Notes under the pieces: model-generated
The model's database searches: none
What the model saw: the letters and a program-made list of their open reading frames with translations, nothing else
What the model was told of the DNA's origin: nothing
DNA from: Blepharisma stoltei ATCC 30299
Lineage: Eukaryota > Protista > Ciliophora
Length of the DNA stretch: 64,000 nucleotides
NCBI GenBank assembly: GCA_965603825.1
Contig: CBFDEM010000001.1
Location: forward strand, 434,001-498,000
Direction of reading: 5' to 3'
Program-made: the position numbers and the translations under genes
In this document: positions 10,800 to 23,126 of the stretch, in pieces
How the letters are laid out: each line of letters opens with the position of its first letter
How positions within the stretch are numbered: position 1 is the stretch's first letter

Positions 10800-12278
10800 A
10801 TGGAATCCGAAAGCGAGACTGTCATCTCTGAAAGTAAGCTCTACTCAGACGAAATTCCTCGATTTCTCCACGAATACCTCTCTCTTGCCTTGCAATTTAT
10901 CGTAAAAGGTGAATTCCAAAGTGCGTTAGAAGCTCTTTCTCACAGTCAAGAACTTCTTGACGCAGTTATTTCACAAAATGCTTATATAGACTCTGATTTT
11001 ATTATTGCAACATTTCATAACACTGCACTTTGCTATCAAAGGTATTTGAAATTTAGACTAGGAGAGCTTCAAGAATGTGCCTCTGCTCTTTATGCGTGCA
11101 TAACAACTTCTCAACGTCTAATAGCTCAAAAATACCAGCCAAGCCCTTCTCCTTTATCTATTGATGAAAGAATTATTAAGCTTCAATACATCAGTAAACT
11201 GCATTTACAATTGTGCGCAGTTTTTTCTCAATTAGGACAACATGAAGATGCTTTGCAGCATGCCAAAGAAGGGTTATCAAAAATACAAGAAAACGTTAAT
11301 TTAAATTTAAAAGTTTGTCAAGATCATTTAGAAAGGCATGAAAAATTGACCCATTTGAGTGCATTAAGAAAAAGAGTGCAAAATCAGCAACAGTATAAAC
11401 TATTTGAAAGTCCTCACTACAAAAGTTACCATAAAACTGTGACAAAGGCTATACCAATTTTGAAGTTTTTAGACGAAGATGCTAATTGTAATAATAAAAA
11501 GATGAAAATCAGCTTAAAACAAGATGATGAAGAATTTGAGTGGATTAATGAATATAATATTGGAGATATTATGGCAATAGAACCGTTAGGAATTGAAGAG
11601 CTAAAAGGATTAGTAAATGTATCACCCTCACTTAGCAAGGATATGCTACTAGAAAAAATATGTTTGATGATAGCTGCAAATTTTTGTGTGGCAACCGAAA
11701 TTCGTTTTTTAATTGAAAATGGAGCAAATGAGTATTATCTATTAGAATCCAAAGTGTGGCTGCAAAAATCGTTAAAATTTGGAGAAAATCTCCTTCCTGA
11801 AGAGTGCCCTTTATTAGCTTATATCCGGATGTTTTTTCATAAATATTATAAAGATGAAGTCAGAAAGCCTGTTGATAAATCTGCGAAATTTTCAAATGAT
11901 AATTTTCTATTCGCAAAAGCGATGCTGCGCTCTAAAACTCCTCAGCCTGTCGTAAACCACAGTGTTCGGAAAACTTATAAGCAAAATGTATTTAAAAATT
12001 CTACCAATTTGAATAAAAAAGAAAAATTGTCGAACTCTGCCCATAAGCCAAAACATAAAAGAAATAAAAAATCTAATTCGTACTTAGAAGACGACTTGCA
12101 GTCGTCAAATAGAAACGTTTCTAAAGAAGAAAAAAAGCCTCTAGAGGTATCCTATCCTGTGCCGTATCATCAATTGCACGAAAAACTAGAAAAAATCCAG
12201 AGCCAAGAATCAGAGCCAAGCTCCTCTGAAGATTATCCTGTCCATTTTGCCAATAAATCAAAAAACACAAAATTTTAA
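10800..12278 (+). CDS. TPR-like helical protein of unknown function
   Basis: 492-aa ORF with TPR-like segments (TFHNTALCYQR; LQLCAVFSQLGQHEDALQHA); probable in-frame 15-nt intron at 11042-11056. Confidence 0.7.
   Translation: MESESETVISESKLYSDEIPRFLHEYLSLALQFIVKGEFQSALEALSHSQELLDAVISQNAYIDSDFIIATFHNTALCYQRYLKFRLGELQECASALYACITTSQRLIAQKYQPSPSPLSIDERIIKLQYISKLHLQLCAVFSQLGQHEDALQHAKEGLSKIQENVNLNLKVCQDHLERHEKLTHLSALRKRVQNQQQYKLFESPHYKSYHKTVTKAIPILKFLDEDANCNNKKMKISLKQDDEEFEWINEYNIGDIMAIEPLGIEELKGLVNVSPSLSKDMLLEKICLMIAANFCVATEIRFLIENGANEYYLLESKVWLQKSLKFGENLLPEECPLLAYIRMFFHKYYKDEVRKPVDKSAKFSNDNFLFAKAMLRSKTPQPVVNHSVRKTYKQNVFKNSTNLNKKEKLSNSAHKPKHKRNKKSNSYLEDDLQSSNRNVSKEEKKPLEVSYPVPYHQLHEKLEKIQSQESEPSSSEDYPVHFANKSKNTKF
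11042..11056 (+). other. Probable 15-nt in-frame intron
   Basis: GTATTTGAAATTTAG matches the local consensus; removal gives the TPR-like CYQRLGEL. Confidence 0.6.
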
Positions 12279-12293
12279 TATCTATATTTAATA

Positions 12294-14009
12294 TTAATAA
12301 TTTTTTCTCCTTAATACCTCTCCAACTGCACATATTACTCCAGAATTATCATTGAACGCTAATTTTCCTCTAACATAGGTTCTCATGATTTTCCCATAGA
12401 GCTCTTCTCCCATCAACGGTGACATTTCTGAAGAAATATTTTCATTAGGTTTTACTATAAATTTTTGATAAGGATCCCATATAACCAAATCTGCATCTTT
12501 GCCAGCTGAAATCGATCCTTTACTCTTTAGCCCTAAGATTTCAGCAGGGGTTTGAGAAAGCCATTGTGATAATAACACCAAAAATGATTTCTCATTATCT
12601 TCTCTGACATCTGCTTTTAGCCTCGTCCATATTGCTTGAAGCAAATACCCCATGCTTGAAACTCCATTAACTGCTCTTTTAAAATCCCCTAAAAATTTTT
12701 GAGGAGGGGCTACAGGTTGATGGTAGCTTGATATACAATCAATATACCTTAATTTTAAAGAGTCCCATAGAAGGTTATAATTTCCGCCATCTCTAATAGG
12801 AGGGTTTACCTTATAGCGTGTATCTCCTGGTTTAACATCAATATTTGAAAAAAATAAATAAGGCAATGAAGTCTCGCACGTCAAATTTGGATAAGAATCC
12901 CTATAATTTCTTATCAATTCTATTGCTTTATTAGAGCAAACATTAGTAAAATGGATTTTTGCTTTGATATTTAAGCTCAGAACTTTCTCAACAGCTTCGG
13001 CTTCTCATGACTCTGGAAAGGTTTTCGCATAATTTTTATAAGATTCTGAGCTTATACTGCCTCTTTTCATAAACGGAAAATCTTGTGGAGGAATTGGCTT
13101 ATTTTGATTACCTAAAGTGCATAATATTGAATGCCGTTTTCCTCTAACTTTATTAGGACAAGTTTTTATTTCTTCAGAAAAACTATGATTTTGAATGACA
13201 CTGAAAACATTAGGCAATGACCCGCGCTTTTTTTCAGGGCTTCTATTTGGTAATATCTCAAATGGAGAAATTATAACGGGAATTTTAAAAGAAGTTCTAC
13301 GGATTCCACCAATATCTTTAGTTGTAGGGGTACTGTCAGGGGAATAATCAAATGGCTCTATTTCATCATCACTGCTTGAGCTTGAAAATTCATTTTCGGG
13401 AAATTCCTCAATTTTGAATTCTGAAGGCGTCAGACCTCTTTCCTCAGGAATTACCATATGAAAAGGGGTGTTTTCTAGCAGCTCTTTATGAGTCGTGAAC
13501 TCTGGATGCACAAAAATTGGCAAATTTCCATTAGTTTCTCTAAGAGCTTCTTCAACTTTCGTTAAAATTTGAGATTCTGGGCCTTGTGGCACTAAAAATG
13601 CTTTTAACCCAAAAATGTTACTATTGAGGAGGCTTGGAATTTCGCCGATCTTATCGTCTGAAATTTGGAGTAAAGGAGCGATATCAGTGTAGATTTCGCC
13701 ATCAAGTCTGTCTGTTGTAGAAATGCATGTAACTCCTCCACATAATCCAGCCTTTGTTGTAACTGATGATCCTTCGTATCCAAAGGTGACATTTAAATCT
13801 ATCAGCCCGGGAGATATAAAAAGATCGCCTAGATCTTCAACTAGATATTGTTCCATAAGAAAATCATAGGTATCTTTGTCATAAGGGAGTATTTGGGAAA
13901 TTATGCCGTCTTCTACCAAAATAAACCCATGAAGAGGCTGACGAGAACTGAATGGAATTTACCCTTCACATATGATATTTTTGCTTATAAAAGCCAGTTT
14001 GAAACTCAT
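12294..14009 (-). CDS. Allantoinase/dihydroorotase-like amidohydrolase with degenerate metal ligands
   Basis: ATG at 14009, intron 13948-13962, TGA=W at 13005. Motifs: PGLID, GGVT, YKVNPPIR, KGSISAGKDADLVIWDP, TYVRGK. Confidence 0.85.
13948..13962 (-). other. 15-nt spliceosomal intron
   Basis: GTAAATTCCATTCAG; removal deletes an in-frame TAA and links ATG 14009 to the main ORF. Confidence 0.85.
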
Positions 14010-14847
14010 CGGTTTTATTATTATAGTCCCGATCCGAAAACTTCACTGAATGGATACATATCTGGAGTATCCCAAAAGGGTTTTAGGAAATTAAAGAAAA
14101 GGGAATTGAACGAGGCTAATATTTTCAAATGGAAATTTGAAAAGATGCATAAAATATACGATTAGATAAAAAATAATTTTAATTATGAATTATAAATATT
14201 ATATTTTTCTTTAGAATACATATTTTCTATGAAAATGAGTAAAACTAGCTTATTTTATTACTTGGCTTATTTAAAATTTATTTTCAACTTCTAGAAGTGC
14301 ATTCTTCCTTAACTACTATATTGTGAGCTTATAGGAAAAGGCTTATAATCTTGCTTAGTTCTGGATTTAGAGAGTTTAAAGCTTATAGAAAGTATAAATA
14401 GTTTTGATTCTTTATGATTTGTGGCTAAATATTGATAATCTTTTCTAATAGAATTATAAAATTCATTTAATTGCTATTAATTTAATAAAGATAAATTAAC
14501 AATAATTTCCTCATCTGAAGATTTTTTTAAATAAAGATGTAAAATTAAGATTTTTTTAAAATCATTTTTGATTAAAAATGTATTGATAATAACTGCATTA
14601 AATTATTAGAAAATAATTCAGAATAACTCAATTTTTTAAAAATTTTATTATCTAATTAGATTACTGATGAATTATAATTTTTCAAATTTTTTAATTTAAT
14701 TCAATTGCTTGCTAGTGAATTTTCCAATTTGCAGAATAAGCTTAAGAAAATTTATTTAAATTTGTTGATTTTTCCAAAATTTTTGTCCTAACAGCTATTA
14801 ATTTTCTTCCCTATTTAAAATGATAACTCCTTTCAATATTAATTTGC

Positions 14848-15432
14848 ATGTGGAATTCATTAGCCTGCAATACAATTTACGGCAAATTTCTACGAGAAAA
14901 AGAAGCTCAAAGATATCATCGCTCTCTCAGCAGTGTCCGATCAGTCATGAACACACATAAAGCTCCCAAAGAAATGCGACATCTCCAATACAAAGCCAAA
15001 AGAATTCGCTTGATTCAAGATCGCAACGAAGAAATCGAGCATCAAAATCAGCTTCTACTAAACAAAATGTACAATATTGACAGCAAGCCTTCTTCGTTAA
15101 ATCCAAATAATTGTGCCCCGAGGTCTCCTTCAATCACAAATCTAAATTCAAAAGTTCGAAGTAGAAATTTGAGCAGAATTTATGATGAAAACAAAGTAAA
15201 ATCCAATTAGAAATTTTTAGAAAGACTGCAAAATGCTGAAAGTGCTTATTCTATTGAAAAATGAGATGAAGAAGAAAGAAGAAGGAATTATTTAAAAGAA
15301 AATATAAGCAAAAATTCAGGCAGATGCTTCAGGAAAAATAAAGTTATACAGGATTGGGAATCACAGGATTTAATTTCAAAAATATTATCGAGAAGGCAAA
15401 GCAGGCCGATAACTGCTGAGCAAGCTTTATAA
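14848..15432 (+). CDS. CFAP97/Hemingway (KIAA1430)-domain-like ciliary protein
   Basis: EIEHQNQLLLNKM ... RIYDENK|KFLERLQ..S.YS..K(TGA=W); intron 15196-15210; TAA at 15430-15432. Confidence 0.7.
15196..15210 (+). other. 15-nt spliceosomal intron
   Basis: GTAAAATCCAATTAG; its terminal TAG is the apparent stop in the ORF track. Confidence 0.85.
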
Positions 15433-15767
15433 TATAAATCAATCATTATTTATCAATAGGAGACTCTTCTTTTACCTTATTTTGTTTAATATATGAGAAA
15501 GTATATCTTCGGCTTATTTTATTGAAATCTTGAGTTTTGGATATGCTAATCTTTGTTCTCGTTATTGGCATAAATAAAATTGTAACTTCACTAGACAGGA
15601 TTATTTCAGTCTGAATCGAAATTTTGGAATTATATTTTTATGCTGAGCTAGATGATTTAGCGTGCGATATTTTGGCTATAAAAATCTTACTTTAGTGTTA
15701 AGCTTGCTTCTATCAATCTTAAAAGATTTAATAGAAAATCCGTTTTTCACTTTTATTATACATATTT

Positions 15768-16535
15768 ATGATATTTTTCTTAATTGTTCCAGCTTTAGCA
15801 TATGAGTGCTCCTTTTCTTTATCAAACGGCTACAGTGTAGACCTATCTCCTATGATCAATACTTCTCCTCCAGACTATCTAATCATAGACGATTATGGCA
15901 ATACCTACCAAGCCAATATATGCTCCGAGCTGAATTCTAACTGTGCAGGGGACATCACAGGAATTGCTTCTGTTACAAACTCTCAATCTCCTTGCAAAAT
16001 ATTAGGTCGCCAGTCTCCTTTAGGCCAGTTATCAGGCCCTAGAGTTGATTTTCTTGACAAATTGAATCCTATGAATGGGGTGAGTCTAACTTATTATGGA
16101 GGAGACCTATGTACAATGATTGGCTTCGTTGACACTCAAGTAGAATACAGGATAAAATGCAACCCTTATGGAGGCCCTGATGTCCTCACTCGGGCTTATG
16201 CTCTATCATCTTGCTCCTATATTTTTGAATTTTCAAGTAAATCTGCTTGCCCAATTCCTCCAGCTCCAGTAGACCCAAACTCTCAGCCAAAATCTAGAAT
16301 AAAGTCTTTCCTTGCTTTACTATTTGTAGGATTTTTATTTTATTTAGCTATTGGAACTATTTATAATAAACTGAAAAATGAAGAAAGCTGGATTGATAGC
16401 ATACCTCATAAAGAATTTTGGTTTAATTTGCCTGGAATGATAAGAGATGGGATTGGTTTCACAATTTGCAGGGCTAAAGAACTTATTAGAAGCGGAAATT
16501 TAAAATATTTAGGAAATGGGCACATTCCTGTCTAA
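15768..16535 (+). CDS. Mannose-6-phosphate receptor homology (M6PR/ATG27-like) type I membrane protein
   Basis: Signal peptide; Cys-spaced MRH domain (DLSP, Y..NIC, GVSLTYYGGD.C, C.YIFEF.S..AC); TM helix; cytosolic IPH.EFW..LP.MIRDG. Confidence 0.85.
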   Translation: MIFFLIVPALAYECSFSLSNGYSVDLSPMINTSPPDYLIIDDYGNTYQANICSELNSNCAGDITGIASVTNSQSPCKILGRQSPLGQLSGPRVDFLDKLNPMNGVSLTYYGGDLCTMIGFVDTQVEYRIKCNPYGGPDVLTRAYALSSCSYIFEFSSKSACPIPPAPVDPNSQPKSRIKSFLALLFVGFLFYLAIGTIYNKLKNEESWIDSIPHKEFWFNLPGMIRDGIGFTICRAKELIRSGNLKYLGNGHIPV

Positions 16536-16548
16536 TATTTTAATTAAT

Positions 16549-18147
16549 TTATGACTTAAGAAGATATTTTGTATATAAATTTTCAAACGTATCGCTTCTT
16601 GACAACGATTTTGATTCTTTGGAATTTTGAATATTATCTAATAATCTTGTCCTAGCTTTTTCGAAATTTTTTAAGACTTCTCCATTAGTTTTTAAATGCT
16701 GCTTTATTTTTTCATCAATTTTTTCAGGATTTTTATTTATTTCTGATAATGTCATAGGAATATTTTCTGGAGTTTTAATTCCTTCTCTGGAGGAAGAGCG
16801 AGGGTTTTCTTTTGTAGTGTCGGAATGGTGGCTTATTTCAGAAAGACGTGAAATGGTTCTAGGATCTTTTATTATTTCTTGATCAATTTCTATAATTTGT
16901 GGGCTTTCTTGCTTTTTAATGATTTCTTCTAATCGTGATCCTAAATTATCGTTTTCATTTTTGTATATTTCTATTAAAAACAAAGCAAATTCGCATTTTA
17001 TTAGTAAATCAATAAACTGCTTATTGAATTTTCCTTTATAAAATTTTTTTCTTGATTTTTCTTTTATAATCCACTCATGATGCCCAGCATAAAATTCTTC
17101 ATACAAAGGCTGAAGAATGTTTATTGCCTCATTGTAAGCATTTACATATTCCATTTTTGTGCTTTCTAGCTTTTCCATATTAATTCTCATTTCTTTTAAA
17201 ACTCCAGTGTCTTCTAATGTGACTTTTTCTAATTTCTCCAGCAAATTATTTTCCCTTTCTCTATTCGCAATTTCTATTTCTTCCAGCTCACTGTTTTTCA
17301 GTTCATTTAATCTATTTTTTTCTTGCTCATGTGAATCAATAAGACTTTGGATTTGAATTTCATATTTATGCTGCAGATTTTCCAGGTCAATTGCATATGC
17401 ATTTTTTGCTTTTTCTAATTGATTTAAAATTTCTTCTTTTTCTTCATTTAATTTCATATTTTCCATGATCAGCTCGTCAACATTTTTCATTTTATGAAAA
17501 TCTAACTGTGAGGATCTTGCTGAATTGCTCCTAGGGGAAAATTTTAATTGATATTCTTGGATTTTTTCAGTTTCTTTAGCTGCATTAATAGAAATTATTG
17601 ATAGCTCATTTTCGATTTCTTTCATTTTCTGCTCTTTTTCAAGCAAAGCTTCTTTTACTTTATCTATAGCTAAAACTGTTTGATTTTCGAATTCTTCGAA
17701 ATCTTGGGCTATAGCTTTTAGGTTTTCTAGCTCATTTTCTTCTAAGTCTCTGAATTTATCTAAAATGTCGTTATTAAATTCTTTTCTGCTAGCTGTAAGC
17801 TTCGGCAAGTCTCTTAACAGAACTTCCATAGCTCTTGACCTATTTGTTAGTTGAGTAATTTCTACTTTTTTGCCTACAATTTCTAATATTCTGTTGTGCT
17901 TTTCTAATGCAGTGCTCATCCCAGCTATCATAAAGTCCATGACTTTTGAATAGTTCCTAATAATCTCATGGCTTACATCAAGTCTATGTAAATAAGGAGA
18001 ATGCGTTTTCATAGTTTCTACGTCGGCTTTGTAGATTGCTGCTTCTCTGATGCTTTTGTATTTGCTTAGAATAGCTTCAGGCAAATTCAAAGAAAATAAG
18101 ATATCTTCAGCTATTCTTAATAGGAGTTTTATGCTATCATCGCCCAT
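16549..18147 (-). CDS. Coiled-coil protein of unknown function
   Basis: 532-aa uninterrupted E/K/L-rich ORF. Confidence 0.75.
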   Translation of the reverse strand: MGDDSIKLLLRIAEDILFSLNLPEAILSKYKSIREAAIYKADVETMKTHSPYLHRLDVSHEIIRNYSKVMDFMIAGMSTALEKHNRILEIVGKKVEITQLTNRSRAMEVLLRDLPKLTASRKEFNNDILDKFRDLEENELENLKAIAQDFEEFENQTVLAIDKVKEALLEKEQKMKEIENELSIISINAAKETEKIQEYQLKFSPRSNSARSSQLDFHKMKNVDELIMENMKLNEEKEEILNQLEKAKNAYAIDLENLQHKYEIQIQSLIDSHEQEKNRLNELKNSELEEIEIANRERENNLLEKLEKVTLEDTGVLKEMRINMEKLESTKMEYVNAYNEAINILQPLYEEFYAGHHEWIIKEKSRKKFYKGKFNKQFIDLLIKCEFALFLIEIYKNENDNLGSRLEEIIKKQESPQIIEIDQEIIKDPRTISRLSEISHHSDTTKENPRSSSREGIKTPENIPMTLSEINKNPEKIDEKIKQHLKTNGEVLKNFEKARTRLLDNIQNSKESKSLSRSDTFENLYTKYLLKS

Positions 18148-18180
18148 TTCTAATTAAATTATAAAGATTACTTTATAGTT

Positions 18181-20121
18181 CTAACATTTGAATCTCATAA
18201 GTTCCCATTGATTGCTTGCAATTGTATATTCAAAGACACCCATTAATTGTCCAATAACTACAATTTTTTCTTCATCTAAATATGAACAGCAAGACGTGAA
18301 AGCATCACCTTCGTCTATAGGTGTCCCAGGAACAATATCATTGCTTTCAATATTCCAATGATAAGTGTTTTGTGAATATGCTCCTCTTTCTCGTGCTCCA
18401 CCTACCATCAAAATATTATTCGGCGACGTTTTGATTAAAGCAACTCCAGACATAGGCTCAGGCAGCCTGATCTCTAATTCATTCCACACGCTATTTTCAA
18501 ATTTTTCAATGCTCGATAATAGATCCCACCTTCCAGAGTCTTTGTTTGACCCGCCTACCACATAAATATTCTGCTCAAAAACCACGCTTGTCGCATTTTC
18601 CCTTTTCCTTTGCATTGGGGAGATTAATTGCCAATTTTCGTTATTATAAATTTCAACACTAGCCAGTGCATCTTTTGATTCAGGGTTTCTGCCTCCTATT
18701 ACATATACAAAATCACCCAAAATTGCCATAGCGTGCCATGCTCTAGGCTCATTCATATCCTGCTGCTTGGTTGAGGCTGAAGATTTCAAATTGATAGAAA
18801 AAGTATTTTTTGGATTTTTTAAGCCTCCTGTTAGAAGGACATTTTCTCCTATAATGACAGCTCTTGAGGAGTATTGAAAACGGTGGCAGCTCATAGAAGT
18901 GATTTTTCGTGTCAAAATGCTGTAAATATTGGCTTTTCCAGGAGTTTGGGCAAGAGAAAATAGCATTGGGCCTGTAAATAAAGACTGACTGCGGGAAGGG
19001 GTTCTTGTTGTAAGTCTTGCATCGTTACGAGGAGTTGCAGGAGCTGATTGGGAGACTGGATGAGCTGCAGGGGAGCCAGTTATAAGTTCAGTTAAAAATG
19101 ATCTCAGCTGTACGAAATCTGACCTTCTGTTTTCTGGGACCTGGAGCATTCTATCTAGCAGCATTTTTATCCTTTCAGGGTAGTTTAGCTTAGAAATGGC
19201 TCTTTCCACTTGATTTTGTAAGGCGTCTGATCCTATTTCCAGGTTGTTCAGCTCAATAGGTTTATTTAAGCTAGCCATGTGGAGGAAGCTTAATCCTAAT
19301 GAATAAACATCAGACTTGATTGGGTTGTGCCTGACATCTCCTGAAACATTTTTGCCTTTGATTATTTCTAGATAAGCTTTGAATAACAAAGGGCTGAAAT
19401 AAATAACAGTTCCAGTTACCTGATAAGTCCTAGTAACCAATGCATGCATCCCTTGTCTAGACTCCCCAAAGTCTCCTATTTTCATTTTCCCATCATTCGC
19501 AATAAATAAGTTTCTAGGCTTTACGTCTCCATGTGACAGGTTTTTTTCTTGCAAATATGCAAAAGCATCAATTAAGTCTGTCATGTGAGTCATGAGGTCA
19601 GTTTCGCTCCAAGGGTTATTTCTCAGTCTTCGATTTTCTATATCTTGCTCCACGTCTCCGTTTTCTGAGAACTCCATTACAATAACATATTTATATCCGT
19701 ATTGATAAGATTGGTCAAGAAAAGCAGTAATGCATTTGCATATATTGGGGTGTCTCATAGAAATCTGGAGCTCTGCCTCTTTTTGTTTCTTTTTGAACTC
19801 CCCTTCAGATCGACAGATCATGGTTTTGATCGCGACTTTTCCGGCGACATCTTTTATGCGGCCTTCTGAGACTTCAGTTGTACCTTCAGGAGACCGATAA
19901 ATGTTTCGGGTAAAAATCAAATTTGATAGAGTCACCTGGGCTGGAGCACTGTCTAACGATTTGTGTGCGTCATTGATTGGGGTGAATTCATGACGATCTT
20001 GAGGGTTAGCTTCTCTGTGCTGCTCTATGTGGTCTACACATAGTTTGGTATTTTTGCATAAGCAGATGTAAAGAGCTTCATTTTTGCATCACTTGGCTTC
20101 GCAAGAGTTTTTGTTTCCCAT
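18181..20121 (-). CDS. Kinase-Kelch protein with N-myristoylation motif and B-box-like Cys/His cluster (646 aa)
   Basis: ATG at 20121 (MGNKNSCEAK[TGA]CKNEALYICLCKNTKLCVDHIEQH); VAIK, HGDVKPRN, DFG; Kelch repeats (YVIGG, YVVGG, W). Confidence 0.88.
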
Positions 20122-20533
20122 TTATAAATTTATTTAGCTCTGCGAGCTTATGCTTTATCCAATTTTTTTGTACTAAGAATTATTTGAAATATCAAAGACA
20201 ATTGGAGATTTTTAACAAGTTATTTTGATGATTGAGGAATTTAATGTTGATTATGGGAAAATCTTGGAAAAATGTTTTATAGGATTTAAATTAAAAGCAA
20301 CACAAAAACTTGAGACTTTTTAATATTTAGAGTATTTTGAAGTAAATCTGACATATTAAGATGCTAAATTAATTGCAGCTATTAAAAATGCAGCTTTACT
20401 ATCTCATTAAATAGTTTTAGTTCTATTATTGAAAGCTCTCAAAACTTCTTAATATATTCAATTTAATTTTCATAATTAAATCAACCGGGTATATATTATT
20501 TATTTTAATTACAATTTATCTATTTTACTCGAT

Positions 20534-21820
20534 TTATCTCTTCTTTTTCTTCCCTTTCTTCTTCTTTTTCCCTTTTTTCTTCTTTTTGATCTTACTAAAT
20601 GGGTTATCTAGTAATAATTCTCCTCCCTTAGGGAATATTAATGGTGATGAATTATCCGCATCAGGATAAAGCAGCGCATTTTCTAGGTTTTCCATTGAAC
20701 ATGGAATTCTTTTTGAGGCAAAAAGTCTTTTAATCCCAATAATTTCCTGATATTGCTCATTTTGCTGAGTTATTATTGGGGTAGAATTTCTTGGAATGTC
20801 ATATTGAGAATTTGATTTGTATTCAGTTTGAAATGGAGATAAACTCCCTTCAAATCTTCTTTTCGGCTTTGAGGGCTCAAGCTCTATATCAATTAATCCA
20901 CAATGCACTTGCCTTATATGTGCCAATCTTGATAAAATGGGCCTATTGATATCGCTATCATCACTTTGTGGGGTGTATCTTGATTTACTTTCGTCTATTC
21001 TAAAATCATAGCGATTAGGTGATTTTTCTGATTCTTGTCTTTTTATATTGTCTATCGGGGTAATGGACCTATAAATTCTGTTATCCAGTGTCGTTTTTAC
21101 TCTTGCTTGCTCACTTTTTCTTGAAAATTCTTCACTTAATCTGGCTTTTTTCTTTCCTCAAACATTCAAGGCTCTACTGTAATTTTCAATGGATTTTAAA
21201 TCTTCGACGTCCCTTTTTCGGTTATGAAGGTATCGATTTTCTAATTTTTCTATAATTTCTTTGCATTCCTCTGGATCAATTAGCTTTACTGGTTCTTTTG
21301 GAACGAAAGGTGAAGGTAATTTTATAGGCGAAGGCGTAGGACTGTCATAAAACGAAACACTTCTGCTTTCAAGTGTTTCTTTTGGCTTGGAAAATGAGGA
21401 ATTCTCTGAATATGAAGGCTCTTTTTGAATTAGTACTGAAGGGGTATTTGAGCGTGTAGAAATATCTGGGAGATGGAGCCTCCCAGATGTTTTTTCAAGA
21501 TATCATTTATGGACCTTGTCTAACAGCTTTAATTGTTCTTCAGGATATTTTGTGTAAGTAACTTCATTAAGGAGACCTTGCAAGGAAACATAAAAATGCT
21601 TTTTTCAACGCTGAGTTCGGATTTTGTGGAGACTTTGCAGCTCTGGAGGTAAACGGCATTCTTTGTAGTATTTTTCAAGTTCAGATTTAAGATGAATAAA
21701 TGTTGAGTTGTTATCAAGATTAGGGTGGCGAATAATTGATAGACCTGAATCTTCTACATTTGTGGGATGCTTGGGTATATCAATACCTGTCCCTAGGATT
21801 TCAAAATCTGCATCTGCCAT
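20534..21820 (-). CDS. Hypothetical protein (428 aa) with poly-Lys C-terminus
   Basis: One frame once three TGA are read as W; ends KKKKKGKKKKKGKKKKR. Confidence 0.72.
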
Positions 21821-21958
21821 ATGCTAAATAATTATTTAAAATATAGGAAAATTTATGATTATATGCAAGAGATTAAATTAAATATTAATTAATTCTCTTT
21901 TCAATGTTTTATAATTTAATTAATATAGAATTATTGTAGATATTTTTTTGAAAATAAA

Positions 21959-23062
21959 TTAAGAATTCTTATAAAGATCATTATAGATAGATCTTGCCTC
22001 TTCTATTGTAAACTTAGGATAATTTTTACTAATCTCTGAGTAAGCCAACTGAATAATATTTTTTTCATCAAATGTATCTATTAAAGCCTCAAAGACAGTT
22101 ATAGCGACTTTATATGCTGATTGCTTTTCTATCATTTGATCTATTTTTCTACTTGATGACGTAAAACGATTTATGATTGCATATAACTCGTCTATTATTG
22201 CGTTATGAGCATCTGTAATTTCAGAGTGCTGACTATTTATTGTTATTCTGCTCCGACATTCCTTGATTTTTTCAATGTGCTTTTCTATAGGAGCAATTAG
22301 TTCAGAATTCGATTCAATTGATCTTGTAAAAGAATCAATAATTCTTATCATCGAATCAATTTGCTCTCTTTCAATGATTTTGGCTTGATTTATTCAATTT
22401 TCAATATAAGCTTTTGACTTCAAAAGGTTATCTATTTTTTCTTGGCAATCGCTTTCATTTAGTTTTTTAAAGGCATTGTTGAGATCATAAATTGAATATA
22501 AAGATACGATAAATAGCAAAGGTAACTTCAAGTTATCTTGGCCTGAAAGCGTGAATATTTTAAGCATCCCAAGGCTTAAAAGCATTCTAATTGATGTAGA
22601 AGATGAAATATAATTTTTCCCTATTTGGTAGTTATAATCCAACTGATATTGTTCGTCAAAATAGGCATTTCGACTTATATAATTTCTATTTAACGGTGGT
22701 AATTGAAACTCAAAGAGGTACTCTGGGAAAGATTCTGATTCATCATTATTGTAGATTGTTGTAAAAGATTTCAAACTTAATATGCTTCTATCTACTGCTC
22801 TTATATTATTTGATAGGCCATTTAGAGAAATCTCTATGAGGTTTAACTTTGCACCTAAGTCTTTGAGCATTGAATTATTTTTTTCAATGCGACCTTGAAG
22901 GTTTTTTGCTTCTTTCCAATAATTTTTTGATGTAGTCAATTCCTTTTCAATTTGAGAATTTTTAGCCTGGATTATAGAATTTGCATGCTTTTCTATGAGC
23001 ATACTTGCTGAAAACATTGACAAATTGAATACAAGTGCAGCTGCTCCAAAGTATTCTTCCAT
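21959..23062 (-). CDS. Cassette gene X (copy A): orphan coiled-coil protein with two hydrophobic segments (367 aa)
   Basis: ORFs 22394..23062 and 21959..22351 join through TGA=W at 22394; paralog at 27270-28422. Confidence 0.8.
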
Positions 23063-23126
23063 TTTAAAATTATAGAATTGACTTTATTTTTCTTAACATT
23101 CTAAAATAAGAGTAATTTAGTTGTTA

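Noticed and set aside
14021-14150. Short upstream ORFs before the amidohydrolase gene (e.g. MYPFSEVFGSGL)
   Set aside because: Too short to distinguish from chance without transcript data.
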